DNA from: Desulfobacterales bacterium
GTDB lineage: Bacteria; Desulfobacterota; Desulfobacteria; Desulfobacterales; JARGFK01
Direction of reading: 5' to 3'
Assembly: GCA_029211065.1 (NCBI GenBank)
Contig: JARGFK010000001.1
Coordinates: 37,265 to 101,264, forward strand
Length of the DNA: 64,000 nucleotides
Under the pieces are notes generated by a model. It saw only the letters and a list, made by a program, of their open reading frames with translations. It was not told the DNA's origin and did no database searches. Shown here piece by piece: positions 16,237-26,931 of this stretch (its first letter is position 1; every line of letters starts with the position of its first letter). Position numbers and translations under genes: made by a program.

Positions 16237-16776
16237 ATGTCACAGATAGAAGAGTTCTACCATAAGGAAGTGGTTCCCAAACTGATCGAAACCTTTCAGT
16301 ATAAGAACAGAATGCAGGTTCCGAAGTTTGAAAAAATAGTATTGAACATGGGCATGGGCGAAGCGATCCACAACATGAAGCTGCTGGACGCCGCCCTGGA
16401 AGAGCTGAAGCTCATTGCGGGACAGCAGCCGGTCATCACACGGGCAAAAAAATCCATAGCCGCTTTTAAATTAAGAGAGGGGATGCCCATCGGTTGCATG
16501 GTGACGCTGAGGCGCAAGCGCATGAATGATTTTTATAACAAGCTGGTTAATATCGCCCTGCCGCGCGTTAGAGATTTTAGAGGGGTTTCGCCCAAAGCGA
16601 TGGACGGTCGCGGCAATTATACTTTAGGTATCAAGGAGCATATGATTTTTCCTGAAGTGGATTATGACAAAATTGATAATATTAAAGGTCTGAATATAAC
16701 GATTGTTACAAGTGCGAAGACGGATGAGGAAGGAAGAGAGCTTCTTAAACTGATGGGGATGCCATTTAGAAATTAA
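16237..16776 (+). CDS. rplE: 50S ribosomal protein L5
   Basis: [16 protein letters not shown]...; spc-operon order. Confidence 0.97.
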   Translation: MSQIEEFYHKEVVPKLIETFQYKNRMQVPKFEKIVLNMGMGEAIHNMKLLDAALEELKLIAGQQPVITRAKKSIAAFKLREGMPIGCMVTLRRKRMNDFYNKLVNIALPRVRDFRGVSPKAMDGRGNYTLGIKEHMIFPEVDYDKIDNIKGLNITIVTSAKTDEEGRELLKLMGMPFRN

Positions 16777-16866
16777 CGGACGGATTTCAGCTCTGCAGCG
16801 TTAATAATATAAAAAACGTCAACCGCAAGGTTCACTTTCTGTTCGGAAGTTCACAAGGAGGATAGT

Positions 16867-17052
16867 TTGGCAAAGAAGTCGCTTCAGATAAAGGCAGTCA
16901 GAAAGCCGAAATTCAAGGTGCGGGCCTATAACCGGTGTCCGATGTGCGGCCGTTCCAGGGCTTTTCTGAGAAAATTTGGTATTTGTCGTATTTGCTTTCG
17001 GGATCTGGCCTCCAAAGGGAAGCTCCCCGGAGTCTGCAAATCCAGTTGGTGA
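16867..17052 (+). CDS. rpsN: 30S ribosomal protein S14, short zinc-binding (type Z) form, TTG start
   Basis: [45 protein letters not shown]. Confidence 0.96.
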   Translation: MAKKSLQIKAVRKPKFKVRAYNRCPMCGRSRAFLRKFGICRICFRDLASKGKLPGVCKSSW

Positions 17053-17116
17053 TGTTCGGAATGAACGATGAATCCATTTTTAATTACTTAAATTGTAACA
17101 GTAAACGGAGAAAACG

Positions 17117-17515
17117 ATGGCGATGAGTGATCCCATTGCGGACATGTTGACCCGCATTAGAAATGCAGGCAAGGCCAAATTCAATAGTGTGGATATTCCG
17201 GGTTCAAAGCTGAAAGTTGAACTGGCAAAGATATTGAAAAACGAAGGCTACATCAGGAATTACAAGTTCATTAAGGATGAAAAACAGGGGATACTGAAAG
17301 TCTACCTGAAATATGACCAGGGTCAGACCAGTTCCATCTACAGCCTGAAACGTGTCAGCAAACCCAGCAGGCGGGCTTATGTCAAAAGCAAGGACGTCAA
17401 ACCCGTGTATAATGGGTTGGGCATTTCGATCTTGTCCACCTCGCGTGGTATGATGACGGACCGCCAGGCCAGGAAAGAAAACATAGGGGGCGAAGTCCTC
17501 TGTACAATATGGTAA
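17117..17515 (+). CDS. rpsH: 30S ribosomal protein S8
   Basis: MSDPIADMLTRIRNA. Confidence 0.97.
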   Translation: MAMSDPIADMLTRIRNAGKAKFNSVDIPGSKLKVELAKILKNEGYIRNYKFIKDEKQGILKVYLKYDQGQTSSIYSLKRVSKPSRRAYVKSKDVKPVYNGLGISILSTSRGMMTDRQARKENIGGEVLCTIW

Positions 17516-17533
17516 TTATAAGAGGAGTCATCA

Positions 17534-18073
17534 ATGTCTCGAGTAGGTAAAAAACCGATTCAAATTCCAGATAAAACCGAGCTTGCTTATAAGGATCGAT
17601 TCTTGACCGTAAAAGGCGGAAAAGGTTCACTGACCCGGTCGATCCATCCGGCTGTCGATCTGAAAATCGAAGGCGGCATTTTGAATGTAACGCTGCTAAA
17701 GGAGGACCGCAGCAGCAGGGCATTTCAGGGCCTTACCCGCAGCCTTGTGGACAATATGATCCAAGGCGTCAACAAGGGGTTTGAAAGGATTTTAGAAATA
17801 AACGGCATCGGTTATCGGGCTGAAATCAAGGGTAACAGCATTGTTTTTAACCTGGGGTACTCGCACCCGATCACCTTTGATCTTCCGAAAGGTATCTCTG
17901 CCAACATGGAAAAGAATACGCTCATCAAGCTATCCGGAATCGACAAGGAGCTGCTGGGCCATACGGCTGCCGCCATACGCCAGTTAAGGCCGCCGGAGCC
18001 TTATAAGGGCAAGGGGATCAAGTATGCCGAAGAAATTATCCGGAAGAAAGCCGGCAAGACCGGAACGAAATAA
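17534..18073 (+). CDS. rplF: 50S ribosomal protein L6
   Basis: MSRVGKKPIQIPDK...PEPYKGKGIKY. Confidence 0.97.
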   Translation: MSRVGKKPIQIPDKTELAYKDRFLTVKGGKGSLTRSIHPAVDLKIEGGILNVTLLKEDRSSRAFQGLTRSLVDNMIQGVNKGFERILEINGIGYRAEIKGNSIVFNLGYSHPITFDLPKGISANMEKNTLIKLSGIDKELLGHTAAAIRQLRPPEPYKGKGIKYAEEIIRKKAGKTGTK

Positions 18074-18138
18074 TCTGAAGAATGATACGGACGAACAGCG
18101 TCGGAAGTTTTTCTTTTCTACCATAAGGATTTTTTAGG

Positions 18139-18507
18139 ATGGGATCGACAAATCAAAAGCAAACAGCGCGTTTAAAGCGAAAAAAAAGTATCCGCAAGCG
18201 TTTGGCTGGAACCCAGCAGCGGCCCAGACTGTGTGTGTTTCGGAGTGCGTCACATATCTATGCCCAAGTCATCGATGATGTCAATGCACAAACGGTTGTG
18301 GCCGCAGCCAGTACCGAAAAAGCCGTCAAAGATCGCGGTGCATTCAAGAGCAAGATCGAGCAGGCGGTTTTTATCGGTGAACTCATCGGGCAGCGTGCCA
18401 TTGAAAAAGGAATTAAGCAGGTTGTATTCGACCGCAATGGGTTTTTATATCACGGCCGGGTGAAGGCGGTTTCGGAAGGCGCACGCAAAAAGGGTTTGGA
18501 TTTTTAG
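18139..18507 (+). CDS. rplR: 50S ribosomal protein L18
   Basis: RPRLCVFRSASHIYAQVIDD...FDRNGFLYHGRVKA. Confidence 0.96.
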   Translation: MGSTNQKQTARLKRKKSIRKRLAGTQQRPRLCVFRSASHIYAQVIDDVNAQTVVAAASTEKAVKDRGAFKSKIEQAVFIGELIGQRAIEKGIKQVVFDRNGFLYHGRVKAVSEGARKKGLDF

Positions 18508-18537
18508 TTTTTTTAGCAAAGCAAAGGAGGCAGGTCC

Positions 18538-19035
18538 TTGTTCAAACATCAAACGGACGAAAATGAATTAATTGACAAGGTGGTACATATCAACCGGGTG
18601 GCAAAGGTTGTTAAAGGCGGGCGCCGGTTCAGTTTCAGCGCCATTGTCGTTGTCGGCGACGGTCGCGGCAGCGTCGGTTACGGTCTTGGGAAAGCCGGCG
18701 AGGTTCCGGAAGCGATTCGTAAAGGCGTCGAAAAAGCAAAGAAGAACATGATTAAAGTGCCGCTGGTCAATGAAACGATTCCTTATGAAGTCACGGGGAA
18801 ATTCAGTGCCGGACGGGTGTTGTTGAAACCGGCTTCTGCGGGAACCGGTGTTATCGCCGGCGGGGCGGTCCGGGCAGTGCTTGAGGCTGTCGGCGTCCAG
18901 AATATTCTGACGAAATGTATGGGGACTCATAATCCGCACAATGTCGTCAAAGCAACATTTAACGGTCTGCAACTGTTACAGAGCCGCGAAGATGTGGCGG
19001 CGCGACGCGGGATTCCGGTTGCCGAACTTGGTTGA
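18538..19035 (+). CDS. rpsE: 30S ribosomal protein S5 (TTG start)
   Basis: [36 protein letters not shown]. Confidence 0.96.
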   Translation: MFKHQTDENELIDKVVHINRVAKVVKGGRRFSFSAIVVVGDGRGSVGYGLGKAGEVPEAIRKGVEKAKKNMIKVPLVNETIPYEVTGKFSAGRVLLKPASAGTGVIAGGAVRAVLEAVGVQNILTKCMGTHNPHNVVKATFNGLQLLQSREDVAARRGIPVAELG

Positions 19036-19049
19036 GAGGGGTTGGATTG

Positions 19050-19247
19050 ATGAGCGCAAAACTGAAAATTACACTGGTAAAAAGCATGGTCGGTAGACCT
19101 GAAAAACAACGTAAGGTGTTGCGGGGAATGGGACTGACAAAACTAAATAAAAGTGTCTTTCTGAATGACACGCCGTCTATCCGGGGAATGGTCCACGCGG
19201 TATCGCACCTGGTGAAAGCCGAGGAGAACACCCATGAAGTTAAATGA
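19050..19247 (+). CDS. rpmD: 50S ribosomal protein L30. ATG 19050 is preferred over the ORF-track TTG 19032.
   Basis: [29 protein letters not shown]. Confidence 0.94.
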   Translation: MSAKLKITLVKSMVGRPEKQRKVLRGMGLTKLNKSVFLNDTPSIRGMVHAVSHLVKAEENTHEVK

Positions 19248-19674
19248 ATTGTCTCCGCCGAAAGGGTCGCGCAAAAACCGCAAGCGTCTGGGGCGCGGCA
19301 TGGGATCGGGCAGCGGAAAAACCGCCGGAAAAGGCGCTAAAGGGCAAAATGCACGCTCCGGCGGCGGTGTTCGGCCGGGTTTCGAAGGCGGCCAGATGCC
19401 GCTCCAGCGCCGGCTGCCCAAACGCGGTTTTACCAATATTTTTAAAAAGAAGTTCGCCGAGATCAATCTGCGGGATCTGGCGCGATTTGAAAGCGGCAGC
19501 CTGGTGGATGAACCGGCTCTGGTCCGCTCTGGTCTGATCAGCGGAAAAAGGGACGGTATCAAACTTCTGGGAAAAGGTGAGATCGCCCATCCGCTTTCAA
19601 TAAAGGTAAACAGGGTCAGCAAAAGTGCCCGCGCTAAGATAGAAGCCGCCGGCGGGAATATAGAGGTTATCTGA
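19234..19674 (+). CDS. rplO: 50S ribosomal protein L15
   Basis: [34 protein letters not shown]. Confidence 0.96.
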   Translation: MKLNELSPPKGSRKNRKRLGRGMGSGSGKTAGKGAKGQNARSGGGVRPGFEGGQMPLQRRLPKRGFTNIFKKKFAEINLRDLARFESGSLVDEPALVRSGLISGKRDGIKLLGKGEIAHPLSIKVNRVSKSARAKIEAAGGNIEVI

Positions 19675-20990
19675 TGATTGGCAGCGGGTTTCAAAATATT
19701 TTCAAGATACCTGAGCTGAAAAAGAGAATTTTGTATACATTTGCGCTCCTTTCGGTATATCGTATCGGGGTTCATGTGCCCACACCGGGAATCGACAGCG
19801 TTGCATTGGCCTCTTTTTTTGCCAGAGCCAAGGGAACCCTCCTGGGCCTCTTTGATATGTTTTCGGGCGGCGCGCTGGAGCGCCTGTCGGTTTTTGCTTT
19901 GGGCATTATGCCGTATATCAGCGCCTCGATTATTCTGCAGTTGCTGACCGTGGTCATCCCCCATCTGGAGCGATTGTCAAAAGAAGGAGAGCAGGGGCGC
20001 AAGAAGATAACCCAGTATACCCGTTATGGAACGGTCGTCCTTAGCATCATCCAGGGCTTCGGAATCAGTGTCGGGCTTGAAAATATGACGGCGCCCGGCG
20101 GCGCACCGGTGGTCATTATGCCGGGATGGGCCTTTCGGCTGATGACCATCATCACCCTGACGGCGGGAACCGCTTTTATCATGTGGCTGGGCGAACAGAT
20201 CACCGAGCGGGGAATCGGCAACGGTATCTCTTTGATTATTTTTGCGGGAATCGTCGCACGCCTGCCCACGGCCATCGGGAACACCTTTCGGCTTCTGTCC
20301 ACCGGTGAAATGGGAATCTTTCCCGTCTTGATTCTGGTTGTGCTGATGGTGCTGGTCGTCGCTTTTATCATTTTTGTCGAACAGGGCCAGCGCCGGATTC
20401 CGGTTCAATACGCCAAACGGGTTGTGGGCCGAAAGATGTACGGGGGGCAGAGTACGCATCTGCCCTTGAAGATTAATACCTCGGGGGTTATACCGCCTAT
20501 TTTTGCTTCGTCCATCATTATGTTTCCGGCCACATTGGCAAGCTTTATCACGATTCCCTGGATGCAGCGGATGGCTGCGGCGATTACACCCGGGAATGTG
20601 GTTTATGAGCTGCTGTATGTCGGATTCATTTTCTTTTTCTGTTATTTTTATACCGCCGTTACCTTTAACCCGGTGGATGTTGCCGACAACATGAAAAAAC
20701 ACGGCGGCTATATCCCCGGCATTCGACCGGGAAAACGCACAGCCGATTATATTGACAGGGTTTTGACCCGTATCACCCTCGGCGGCGCCATCTATGTGTC
20801 GGCGGTATGCGTGCTTCCCTCAATTTTAATATCAAGGTTTAATGTGCCTTTTTATTTCGGCGGCACCGCATTGCTGATCGTGGTTGGTGTGGCCATTGAT
20901 ACGATCTCACAGATCGAGTCTCACATGCTGACGCGTCATTACGAGGGATTTTTGAAAAAGGGCGGCGCCCGGGTAAAAGGCAGATCATAG
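19674..20990 (+). CDS. secY: Preprotein translocase subunit SecY
   Basis: 10-TM-like hydrophobic profile; [16 protein letters not shown]; position after rplO. Confidence 0.97.
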   Translation: MIGSGFQNIFKIPELKKRILYTFALLSVYRIGVHVPTPGIDSVALASFFARAKGTLLGLFDMFSGGALERLSVFALGIMPYISASIILQLLTVVIPHLERLSKEGEQGRKKITQYTRYGTVVLSIIQGFGISVGLENMTAPGGAPVVIMPGWAFRLMTIITLTAGTAFIMWLGEQITERGIGNGISLIIFAGIVARLPTAIGNTFRLLSTGEMGIFPVLILVVLMVLVVAFIIFVEQGQRRIPVQYAKRVVGRKMYGGQSTHLPLKINTSGVIPPIFASSIIMFPATLASFITIPWMQRMAAAITPGNVVYELLYVGFIFFFCYFYTAVTFNPVDVADNMKKHGGYIPGIRPGKRTADYIDRVLTRITLGGAIYVSAVCVLPSILISRFNVPFYFGGTALLIVVGVAIDTISQIESHMLTRHYEGFLKKGGARVKGRS

Positions 20991-21071
20991 CGCGCGAAAT
21001 ACCGGTGCCGGAAGAAACTTCGCCATCGGTAAAATTTTTGGTTGGTGTTATAAAGCGAGAAAGGGTCCCAT

Positions 21072-21290
21072 ATGCAAAAAGAAGAACCCATTATCGTTGA
21101 GGGCAAGGTTATTGAAACACTGCCCAACGCGATGTTTCGGGTGGAGTTGGAAAATAAACATAAGGTTCTGGCTCATATATCCGGAAAAATGCGGATGCAT
21201 TTTATAAAAATTTTGCCCGGTGATACGGTAACGGTTGAACTTTCACCATATGATCTGACCCGCGGCAGAATCACCTATCGATCGAAATAG
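21072..21290 (+). CDS. infA: Translation initiation factor IF-1
   Basis: [44 protein letters not shown]. Confidence 0.97.
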   Translation: MQKEEPIIVEGKVIETLPNAMFRVELENKHKVLAHISGKMRMHFIKILPGDTVTVELSPYDLTRGRITYRSK

Positions 21291-21367
21291 AGAAGAAATT
21301 GGTGTTAATCTTGAGAACACCCATAACTGACTGATGGACATATCATCCGCCAGACGGAGAGAATCAA

Positions 21368-21481
21368 ATGAAAGTAAGGGCTTCAGCAAAAAAAATGTGC
21401 AGCAAATGCAAAATCGTCCGAAGAAAACGGGTGGTAAGGGTCATTTGCGTAAACAAGCGACATAAACAGAGACAGGGATAA
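21368..21481 (+). CDS. rpmJ: 50S ribosomal protein L36 (37 aa; below the ORF-track length cut-off)
   Basis: My translation: [37 protein letters not shown], with the C..C..C..H zinc pattern. Confidence 0.93.
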   Translation: MKVRASAKKMCSKCKIVRRKRVVRVICVNKRHKQRQG

Positions 21482-21497
21482 AAGAGGAGGATGTGCC

Positions 21498-21881
21498 TTG
21501 GCCAGAATTGCGGGCGTCGATTTACCGAGAGGTAAGCGGGTAGAGGTTGGGCTGACATATATTTACGGTATCGGCAAGACCACTTCAAAACGGATACTTT
21601 CCAAGCTGAATATTGATCCTGGTACCAAAACGGATCAATTGTCGGAAACCGAGATCAACAATATCCGAAAAATAATCGACAGTGAAAACAAAGTGGAAGG
21701 TGAGCTTCGCACGGATATTTCGATGAACATAAAGCGATTGATGGATTTGGGCGCCTATCGCGGCTTGCGTCATCGCAAAGCACTCCCCGTGCGGGGACAA
21801 CGGACCAAAACCAATGCACGGACTCGCAAAGGACCCAGGCGATCCGCGATAAAGAAGAAGAGCGCTGCGAAAAAGGCGTAA
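21498..21881 (+). CDS. rpsM: 30S ribosomal protein S13 (TTG start)
   Basis: [26 protein letters not shown]. Confidence 0.97.
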   Translation: MARIAGVDLPRGKRVEVGLTYIYGIGKTTSKRILSKLNIDPGTKTDQLSETEINNIRKIIDSENKVEGELRTDISMNIKRLMDLGAYRGLRHRKALPVRGQRTKTNARTRKGPRRSAIKKKSAAKKA

Positions 21882-22027
21882 CACGTTTGATCGGTTACCG
21901 CTTTTGGACTGCAGGCTGCTTCTGACAATCCATTCGGCGACAATGTGACGGGTAAAACCCGAAAGAATGTCGTAATGACAGTTTAGATTTAATACTGAAA
22001 TGGAACGAGAATAAGAGGACAATATTC

Positions 22028-22414
22028 ATGGCGACGAGAACCCGTACCAAGAAAAAAGAAAAGAAAAATATTTCAAATGGTGTGGTCCATATCCAATCCA
22101 CATTCAACAATACCATCATCACCATCACCGATCCTGTGGGCAATGTGATTGCCTGGTCGAGTTCCGGTGTTCAGGGCTTTAAAGGTTCCAGAAAGAGCAC
22201 CCCCTTTGCCGCCCAGCTTGCGGCTGATGACGCCGTAAAAAAGGCCATGGAACACGGCATGAAAAATGTGGAAGTGTATGTCAAAGGCCCCGGCGCCGGA
22301 CGCGAATCGGCTTTAAGATCGCTTCAGGCCGCAGGGTTTAACGTGGTCATGATAAAGGATGTTACACCGATTCCCCATAACGGGTGTCGACCGCCAAAAA
22401 GACGAAGAGTTTAG
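22028..22414 (+). CDS. rpsK: 30S ribosomal protein S11
   Basis: [18 protein letters not shown]...[13 protein letters not shown]. Confidence 0.97.
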   Translation: MATRTRTKKKEKKNISNGVVHIQSTFNNTIITITDPVGNVIAWSSSGVQGFKGSRKSTPFAAQLAADDAVKKAMEHGMKNVEVYVKGPGAGRESALRSLQAAGFNVVMIKDVTPIPHNGCRPPKRRRV

Positions 22415-22466
22415 ATAGTTATCATATGTGATCGTTTTGCAGCAACAGGGTTTATAAGGAGGAAAC

Positions 22467-23096
22467 TTGGCACGATATACAGGTTCTGTTTGCCGGCTAT
22501 GCCGCCGCGAAAACTTAAAACTGTTTTTAAAAGGAGACCGTTGTTATTCGGATAAATGCGCATTTGACCGGCGCAGCTATCCGCCGGGTCAGCATGGACA
22601 AGGCCGCAGAGGAAAAATTTCGAACTACGGCATACAGCTTCGCGAAAAACAGAAATTAAAACGAATGTACGGTCTTTCCGAAAAGCAGTTTCACCTGTTC
22701 TTTGAAAGGGCCGAACGACAAAAGGGTATCACCGGAACCAATCTGCTGGTGTTGCTTGAACGCCGGATGGACAATGTTGTTTACCGGCTCGGCTTTGTGA
22801 ATTCTCGTGCACAGGGAAGACAGCTTGCGAAGCATAATCATTTTACGGTAAATGGAAAAAAAGTGAACATTCCGTCCTTCCTTATTAAAATCGGTGACGT
22901 TGTCGAGGTTAAAGAGAAAAGCAGAAATTTAAATGCGATTGCTGGATCCCTTGAAGCTTCTGTGCGACGGGGTGTGCCACAGTGGTTGGAATTGGAAAAA
23001 GAAAACCTAAAGGGAGTGGTCAGGGCCCTGCCTGTTCGTGAAGATCTTACAATGCCGATTCAGGAGCAGCTGGTTGTGGAACTCTATTCCAAGTAA
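22467..23096 (+). CDS. rpsD: 30S ribosomal protein S4 (TTG start)
   Basis: [26 protein letters not shown]. Confidence 0.97.
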   Translation: MARYTGSVCRLCRRENLKLFLKGDRCYSDKCAFDRRSYPPGQHGQGRRGKISNYGIQLREKQKLKRMYGLSEKQFHLFFERAERQKGITGTNLLVLLERRMDNVVYRLGFVNSRAQGRQLAKHNHFTVNGKKVNIPSFLIKIGDVVEVKEKSRNLNAIAGSLEASVRRGVPQWLELEKENLKGVVRALPVREDLTMPIQEQLVVELYSK

Positions 23097-23211
23097 GCGG
23101 ACGTGTCAGGTTTAGAAATGTGAGCCATGCCGCTCCCTATTTCATTGTTATAAACAGCGTTCTCCACGCAGACACCCTTTTATTTAATAAAATACAATCT
23201 GGAGACATAAA

Positions 23212-24243
23212 ATGTCATCGAATGAAATTATGTACATGAACTGGCAGGAAATCATACGACCGGACAAGGTCGATGTAACCAGCAAATCAAATTACGGCAA
23301 GTTTGTCTGCGAACCTCTGGAAAGAGGGTTTGGCCTAACCATCGGCAATTCATTAAGACGCATCATATTGTCATCTTTGTATGGTGCGGCTATTGTTTCG
23401 TTAAGGCTTGAATCCGTCATGCATGAGTTTAGCGTGATTGAGGGCGTGCTGGAAGATGTGACCGAGGTGATTCTCAACCTCAAGGAAGTGCGGTTAAGGC
23501 TTTCCGATGCAAAACCGCGAACCATCCGTATTCAGGCCAAAGGGAAAGGGGTGGTTACCGCCGGTGACATTATCAGCGATGACGGTAAGTGTGAGGTGCT
23601 TAATCCCGATCAGTATATTGCAACACTTAATGGCGACGCTGACCTGAAGATGACGATGACCGTTAAAGTCGGCAAGGGATATGCCCTGGCCGAATCCAAT
23701 AAAGATGAGGATGCCCCGGTCGGCACGATGCCCATTGATGCGGTTTTTTCGCCGATCAAACGGGTGAACTATGTTGTGGGCAACGCCCGGGTGGGTCAGC
23801 GAACCGACTATGACAAGTTGACGCTGGAGGTGTGGACGGATGGGAGCATCCGGCCGGAAGACGCTGTGGGCTATGCGGCCAAAATTATGAAAGAACAGAT
23901 GACGATCTTCATTAATTTCGATGAACAGCTTGAACCCGAACCGGATAAAAAGCCCGACAAAACCCGCAAGCCCAAATTTAATGAAAATCTTTATCGCAAT
24001 GTGGAAGAGCTTGAGCTATCCGTTCGCAGTGCCAATTGTCTGAAAAACGCGAATATCCTTAAAATTTATCAACTGGTGAACAAAACTGAAGCCGAGATGC
24101 TCAAGACCAAAAACTTCGGCCGAAAATCCCTCAACGAAATCAAAGAGGTTTTAAGCGAAATGGGGCTTTCGCTGGGGATGAAGCTTGACGGCTTCAACGC
24201 CCCTGAAGAAGAGATCGAGGAAGGAGAGGCAACCATTCAATGA
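23212..24243 (+). CDS. rpoA: DNA-directed RNA polymerase subunit alpha (the true start could be a few codons downstream)
   Basis: [20 protein letters not shown]; C-terminal domain [16 protein letters not shown]. Confidence 0.96.
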   Translation: MSSNEIMYMNWQEIIRPDKVDVTSKSNYGKFVCEPLERGFGLTIGNSLRRIILSSLYGAAIVSLRLESVMHEFSVIEGVLEDVTEVILNLKEVRLRLSDAKPRTIRIQAKGKGVVTAGDIISDDGKCEVLNPDQYIATLNGDADLKMTMTVKVGKGYALAESNKDEDAPVGTMPIDAVFSPIKRVNYVVGNARVGQRTDYDKLTLEVWTDGSIRPEDAVGYAAKIMKEQMTIFINFDEQLEPEPDKKPDKTRKPKFNENLYRNVEELELSVRSANCLKNANILKIYQLVNKTEAEMLKTKNFGRKSLNEIKEVLSEMGLSLGMKLDGFNAPEEEIEEGEATIQ

Positions 24244-24872
24244 AACATCGAAAAACGGGTGTAAAATTAGGTCGAACCACCAGTCATCGGACCGCCATGT
24301 TTCGAAACATGGTGACGTCGCTTTTAAAATACGATCGTATCCAGACCACGGATGTCAAAGCCAAGGAATTGAGGCGCTGGGCGGACAATATCATCACGCT
24401 TGCCAAGCGCGGAGATCTGCATGCCCGGCGTCAAGCCCTGGCAATTGTAATGGAAAAAGACGTGGTCAATAAACTTTTTGCCGAGGCAGCCGAACGCTTT
24501 GGTTCCAGGGCAGGGGGTTATACGCGTATTGTCAAGCTTGGCAGGCGTCCCGGAGATGCGGCGCCGGTTTCTATAATCGAACTGATTTCAGCAGAGACAA
24601 CCAAAACCAAAGATAAAAAGCCGAAGAAGAAAAAGGGAGACAAGGCTGCCAAGCCCAAAACCCGAAAATCCAAAGACGTATCGCCTGAAAAGGAAGAAAC
24701 CGCTTCAGCTGCGCAAGATATGAAGCCCGATGTCGCCACAGCCGAAAAACCAGAGAAAAAAAAGAAAACCAAAGCGGTTTCGGCAAAGGATACGGTCAAG
24801 AAGGTAAAAGCTAAAAAAGAAAAAACTTCCAAGGCATCAAAAAAGGCGGATGATTCCCCAAAGAAGGACTGA
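24240..24872 (+). CDS. rplQ: 50S ribosomal protein L17 with a ~90-aa lysine-rich C-terminal extension
   Basis: [24 protein letters not shown]...; tail [24 protein letters not shown]...[10 protein letters not shown]; ATGA overlap with rpoA. Confidence 0.95.
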   Translation: MKHRKTGVKLGRTTSHRTAMFRNMVTSLLKYDRIQTTDVKAKELRRWADNIITLAKRGDLHARRQALAIVMEKDVVNKLFAEAAERFGSRAGGYTRIVKLGRRPGDAAPVSIIELISAETTKTKDKKPKKKKGDKAAKPKTRKSKDVSPEKEETASAAQDMKPDVATAEKPEKKKKTKAVSAKDTVKKVKAKKEKTSKASKKADDSPKKD

Positions 24873-24917
24873 GCCTTCCGTTCCGTTTTTTAACACGGTT
24901 TTTTGTGTAAACTTAAT

Positions 24918-24955
24918 AAAGCCCTGCTGGTTCGGTTCAGCAGGGCTTTTCTGAT
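24918..24955 (+). terminator. Rho-independent terminator ending the alpha operon
   Basis: aaagccctgctg-gttcggtt-cagcagggcttt hairpin followed by a T-rich tract. Confidence 0.85.
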
Positions 24956-25009
24956 TATTTCATAAATTAGGCGCACCGGACGAGAACTTCAGACGGGTTT
25001 TTAAAAAAA

Positions 25010-25921
25010 ATGCCGGAAACCAAACTATACCGCCTTTCAGATGCTATCGCCCGCTTTGTCACGGACGGCAGCGAGGTTGCCCTGGGCGTTTCCCAGGAGA
25101 CGTTGATTCCTTTTGCCGCCGGGCATGAGATCATGCGGCAGCAGAAACGCAATTTGACGTTGATCGGTCCGATTTCCGACATCTTATTCGATCAGATGAT
25201 CGGCGGCGGCTGTGTTCGCAGAATCCGCGCCGCATGGGTGGGAAACGTCATCACCGGATCCGGTTATAATTTCCGGCGGGCGGTGGAATCCGGCGCCATC
25301 GAGATGGAAGATCATTCCAATTTAACCCTGCTCACGGCGCTCCAGGCCGGCGCTTTAGGCGTTCCGTTTATGCCCACGCGTACTGCGCTGGGCAGCGATT
25401 TATTCAAAACCAATGCATCCATCATGCCGGCAACGTGCCCGTTTAGCGGGGAAAAGCTGGCAGCGGTCAAAGCCATCCATCCGGATGTCGCCATTGTGCA
25501 TGTTCAGCGGGCGGACCGCTTTGGAAACGCACACATTTGGGGCAATCTGGGAATCACCCGGGAAGCCGCCATGGCCAGCCGGAAGATCATTCTGACGGCT
25601 GAGGAGATTGTGGCGCCGGAAAAAATAAACAGCGACCCCAATCGGGTTTTGATCCCCGGCTTTCGGGTCAGCGCAGTGGTCCATGCCCCCTGGGGCGCAC
25701 ACCCCTCGCCGGTGCCGGGCTACTATAACCGCGACCATCAGGCATTCATCGACTATAGCAGCGCCAGCAGGACGCCGCAGCGTTTTAAAACGTGGCGATC
25801 CCGCTGGGTGGACCCCATCTGCAGCCATGCGGACTATTTAGATCTGCTGGGGGCTGAACGCTTGGGAGCACTCGGCCTAACACATCATGTCTGGCCGGAA
25901 CCGGTTGATTATGGATACTGA
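25010..25921 (+). CDS. Family-I CoA-transferase subunit A (glutaconate/3-oxoacid CoA-transferase-like)
   Basis: 303 aa; pattern typical of GctA/AtoD-like alpha subunits (VTDGSEVALG..., GSGYNFRRAVE..., VAIVHVQRADRFGN); paired with a B subunit. Confidence 0.75.
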   Translation: MPETKLYRLSDAIARFVTDGSEVALGVSQETLIPFAAGHEIMRQQKRNLTLIGPISDILFDQMIGGGCVRRIRAAWVGNVITGSGYNFRRAVESGAIEMEDHSNLTLLTALQAGALGVPFMPTRTALGSDLFKTNASIMPATCPFSGEKLAAVKAIHPDVAIVHVQRADRFGNAHIWGNLGITREAAMASRKIILTAEEIVAPEKINSDPNRVLIPGFRVSAVVHAPWGAHPSPVPGYYNRDHQAFIDYSSASRTPQRFKTWRSRWVDPICSHADYLDLLGAERLGALGLTHHVWPEPVDYGY

Positions 25922-26693
25922 GAATCTCAATTATACGCCGGCCCAGATCATGGTAACGGCCGCAGCCCGTGAAATCGGCAACGCTGAAGTGGTCTTTGTG
26001 GGGATGCGGCTGCCGCTGCTCGGATTTTTGCTTGCCAAGAGCACCCATGCGCCGGATGCCGTGGGGGTGTATGAACTGGGGGTCGTTCGGGAGTCGCTTG
26101 CGCCGGAGCCGATCTTAACCATGGGGGACCTGCCCAACTTGTACCGGGCCCAGTGGCTTGCCGATAGCGCCGATGTGATGGGGTTGCTCCAGCAAGGTTT
26201 TGTAGACGTCAGTTTCATCGGCGGCGCTCAGATAGATCGATACGGCAATTTAAACACCAGTTATATCGGCGGAACGGAAACCGTCAAAACACGGCTTCCG
26301 GGCAGCGGCGGCGCCTGTGATCTGGCAAGCCTGGCAAAACGACATATAATTATGTTACCCCATGAAAAACGTCGTTTTGTTCCCCGGGTGGACTATATAA
26401 CCTCCCCCGGCTACGGCAACGGCGGCAACTGGCGCAGCCAAATGGGATTGCCCCGGGGGGGGCCGATCCGGGTCATCACCACGCTGGGCATCTTATGTTT
26501 TGATCCGGAAACCCGGGAGATGATCCTGACCCATGTACATCCCGGCGTGAGCGTCGAGAAAGTGAAGCTTAACACCGGCTGGCCCCTGAGGGTTGCGTCG
26601 GAACTGAATCAGACTTCCGCACCTACAGCCGTCGAGATGGAAAAGCTCAGACAATTTGATCCCGAGGGCTATTGGACGGGCAATACCGGTTAA
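25911..26693 (+). CDS. Family-I CoA-transferase subunit B. ATG 25911 (MDTENLNYTPAQIM) is preferred; it overlaps subunit A by 11 nt.
   Basis: MVTAAAREIGNAEVVFVGMRLP..., GVYELGVV (candidate catalytic Glu), GGAQIDRYGNLN, LPGSGGACD. Confidence 0.75.
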   Translation: MDTENLNYTPAQIMVTAAAREIGNAEVVFVGMRLPLLGFLLAKSTHAPDAVGVYELGVVRESLAPEPILTMGDLPNLYRAQWLADSADVMGLLQQGFVDVSFIGGAQIDRYGNLNTSYIGGTETVKTRLPGSGGACDLASLAKRHIIMLPHEKRRFVPRVDYITSPGYGNGGNWRSQMGLPRGGPIRVITTLGILCFDPETREMILTHVHPGVSVEKVKLNTGWPLRVASELNQTSAPTAVEMEKLRQFDPEGYWTGNTG

Positions 26694-26753
26694 GGGAATG
26701 TCCCGGTGGAACGGCAATTTTCAGTGGCCAGTCGATTCTGGAAGGGACATTCC
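26694..26753. repeat. 10-bp inverted repeat with a ~40-nt loop just after the CoA-transferase genes
   Basis: gggaatgtcc (26694-26703) pairs with gggacattcc (26744-26753). Confidence 0.5.
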
Positions 26754-26931
26754 GGCGTCCGGGTTGGCCGGGGTTTAAAATACTAAAAATATTAACGAAA
26801 CTATTTTTATTTATTTTTCATGATTGCGGAAACGGCTTGACAGAAACAAAAAAATTTGATCTTAATGGCATAATACGATTTAAGAGTTGTCTGGAAAAAG
26901 GTTTGTCCCCTAACATCGAAAGGAGGTACAG

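Noticed and set aside
20991-21071. Absence of adk and map between secY and infA
   Set aside because: The presence of adk/map at this position varies widely among bacteria (E. coli, for example, lacks them here). It is not informative by itself.
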